A stretch of 64,000 nucleotides of DNA from the NCBI GenBank assembly GCA_012295275.1, contig CM022671.1, positions 36,208,001-36,272,000 on the forward strand, written 5' to 3'. Below are positions 33,101 to 64,000 of the stretch, piece by piece; position 1 is the first letter of the stretch; each line of letters begins with the position of its first letter. The translations under genes were made by a program, and so were the position numbers. Source of the DNA: Chrysomallon squamiferum. Taxonomy: Eukaryota > Animalia > Mollusca. A model generated the notes under the pieces. It saw nothing but the letters and a program-made list of their open reading frames with translations, was not told where the DNA came from and ran no database searches.

Positions 33101-35190
33101 ATGATACATGTCTGATAAAATGTGTTGTACAAAACTGTTAAAGTATTTATTTCCCAAACTGCAGGCAGCACTGTTTTCTCAGTGTTCAGTTAATGATTTA
33201 ACAAGACTGCTAACAGTGAAAAAACTTGAAAATGAACAATACTACAGAATTTGACCTATACAGCCACCTGTTACTGATTTATTCACAAATACTGAAAGTA
33301 AAAACAAAACATTTTTTTTTAATGTTTTATGATGTTTAATGAATTGCAGGCAAGAAATGTTTTGCATTGTTAATGGTTTTACAGCAGTGAACAACAGGTT
33401 AATCACTTTGTTTCAGTTTACATCTAAGTAAACTGTTTAACTGGTCACGTGACAGTCAAACATCAAACAAACCACTGTGAAAGACACAGTGAGTGAATGA
33501 ATGTTTAACAGCAGCCAGCACTAACTACATGTCAAACAACAGTGTCACAGCATTATCAGTTCAAAAACTTACTCAAACATTGTTAGAGATACTGAAGATA
33601 CAGTGAGAAAAATAAAAGACCACCAGATGAACAGTAAAAGCGAGGTGAATTGTTGAAATGTTTATAACAGTGTGGTGTGATTTAACAACTCATTGTTCTC
33701 TTTGTTTTGTTATTTGGATGAGTTCAGTGAAGTTTTATATATTTATTTTTATTTATAAAGAAGTTTTATGTGTAAAGAGTTTGAACACAGAAGTGAAACG
33801 AAGGTTTGTGCTGTTGTTATATTTAAACATTATACAAAATGTGTTGTACAAAGAGGTTGTTTGTACATATACAAAATATACTATTGTACAAAGGTTATTT
33901 CTTCAGGTCTAGTAACATCATCATTCAGTTAGTAATAATGAACAAGTGAGAGTTATATCGTTTTTTTTTCCATATACATTTAAAATCACAAAACTGATAC
34001 AAGATCATGCAGAGAGAAGAAAGTAAAGAAAAACAATTTTGGTGTTGGTTATGAGAGACATTGCCTAAAAAACATTCCTCCTGACCAGGCCCCCATTCCC
34101 ATGCTTATTTCAGGAAAGTGTTTGTCTTGGTAGAGGACATCAATGGATACAGAGGCTTAGCAATTTTAGTAATAATTTTTTTTTAATTACATTCAGTATC
34201 CACCTAACTATGTATTTCACTTATGCAGGTCACTAATGTCATAAGAACTAAATATGCATTGAGATGTTGGGTGTTTTGGACATCAAAATTATAATTAATT
34301 TGAATTACTGAATTTACTACTCTAATCCTGATTTCATTCTGTTTTCTCTTTACATTGTGTAGTACCAAGTTTCTAAGTTTTATATTGAAAATAAAAAGGA
34401 CGTTGAATTCTCACTCAAGTTTATTCACTAACAAAATGATGATGTTTCTACTCATACAAAAATGGTTATGTACAAATGTACAGAGAGGTTAACTTAATAA
34501 CCTTGTTACAGAAAATAAAATTTTATGAGACAGTTTGAAATAGTTTTTTTTGTATATTTTCACAAGTAACAAGGAAACTGTTTGATATTTATCACCGTTG
34601 TTAAATATTTTTGTGATAATGGAAGTATTAATATCTTCAAACACAAAAAAGGGAAATTATGTAGATGTCTTAATATATTCCTTAATTTATTTTATTATTT
34701 TTCACTTAATACCAAAGAAGAAACATTCACCATCATCATTGTCTTTGCTGTTTAAATCAATAGCAACAAAGTTCTGACAAATTTACTATTTCACAGAATT
34801 TTAAAATTATACTTAAATGATTTAGTAACAGTATTTTAGTACTGTCATCATAACATCTAAAAAACAAAAATTAAAATTAAATAAAAAAACAAAGTTCTTA
34901 ATTCACTTAATATTTATTTACAGAATATAATTGAAAATTATAAAATACATTTGGTTTCACAAATAAATAATGTGTAAACATTTCCTCCTGGAAATATTTT
35001 TGTCAGTTTGTGTGAAATCTTGTTATGAGATTTTTGATACAGTTTTCAGTTAATAAGGAAAATTACTTTCAGTCAATAAGCAGTACCAAAAGGTCATTTT
35101 GTCTTGAGTGTTGAATATTCAGTAAGCGTGTGAGGTTTAAACTTTACTTTAATGTTACTAGTTAAAAAACAAACTTGACTTTGTAATTGT

Positions 35191-63901
<28,711 letters not shown>

Positions 63902-64000
63902 CTGAAACAACACAACATCACAACATCTCATTTAATACAAGATTTATTTAATTGGTTAATAGGAATATGCCCCCACCCTACACACACACACACACACACA

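Overview
AT-rich, intron-rich animal DNA; an invertebrate, plausibly a mollusc or other lophotrochozoan, is my inference. Five multi-exon genes alternate in orientation: the first coding exon of an aminergic class A GPCR (-), p38 MAP kinase (+, 2400-9396), a glycolipid transfer protein (-, 20739-16901), the ciliary gene CFAP20DC/C3orf67 (+, 22222-32911), and about 50 exons of a vertebrate-like 8-repeat Reelin (-, 63901-35191; 5' end outside the window). Main observations: (1) nearly every minisatellite is built from or abuts a real exon-intron junction, giving ladders of decoy splice sites, several with a short inverted repeat around the splice site; (2) p38 exon 3 is tandemly duplicated with hallmarks of steric-hindrance mutually exclusive splicing, and the gene also keeps its U12 intron; (3) Reelin has a ~250-aa mucin-like insertion, keeps the dimerisation cysteine, and appears to keep only one of two receptor-binding lysines; (4) four small frameshifts, probably assembly errors. 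Exon boundaries were read by eye. Human/mouse comparisons are from memory and need alignment.
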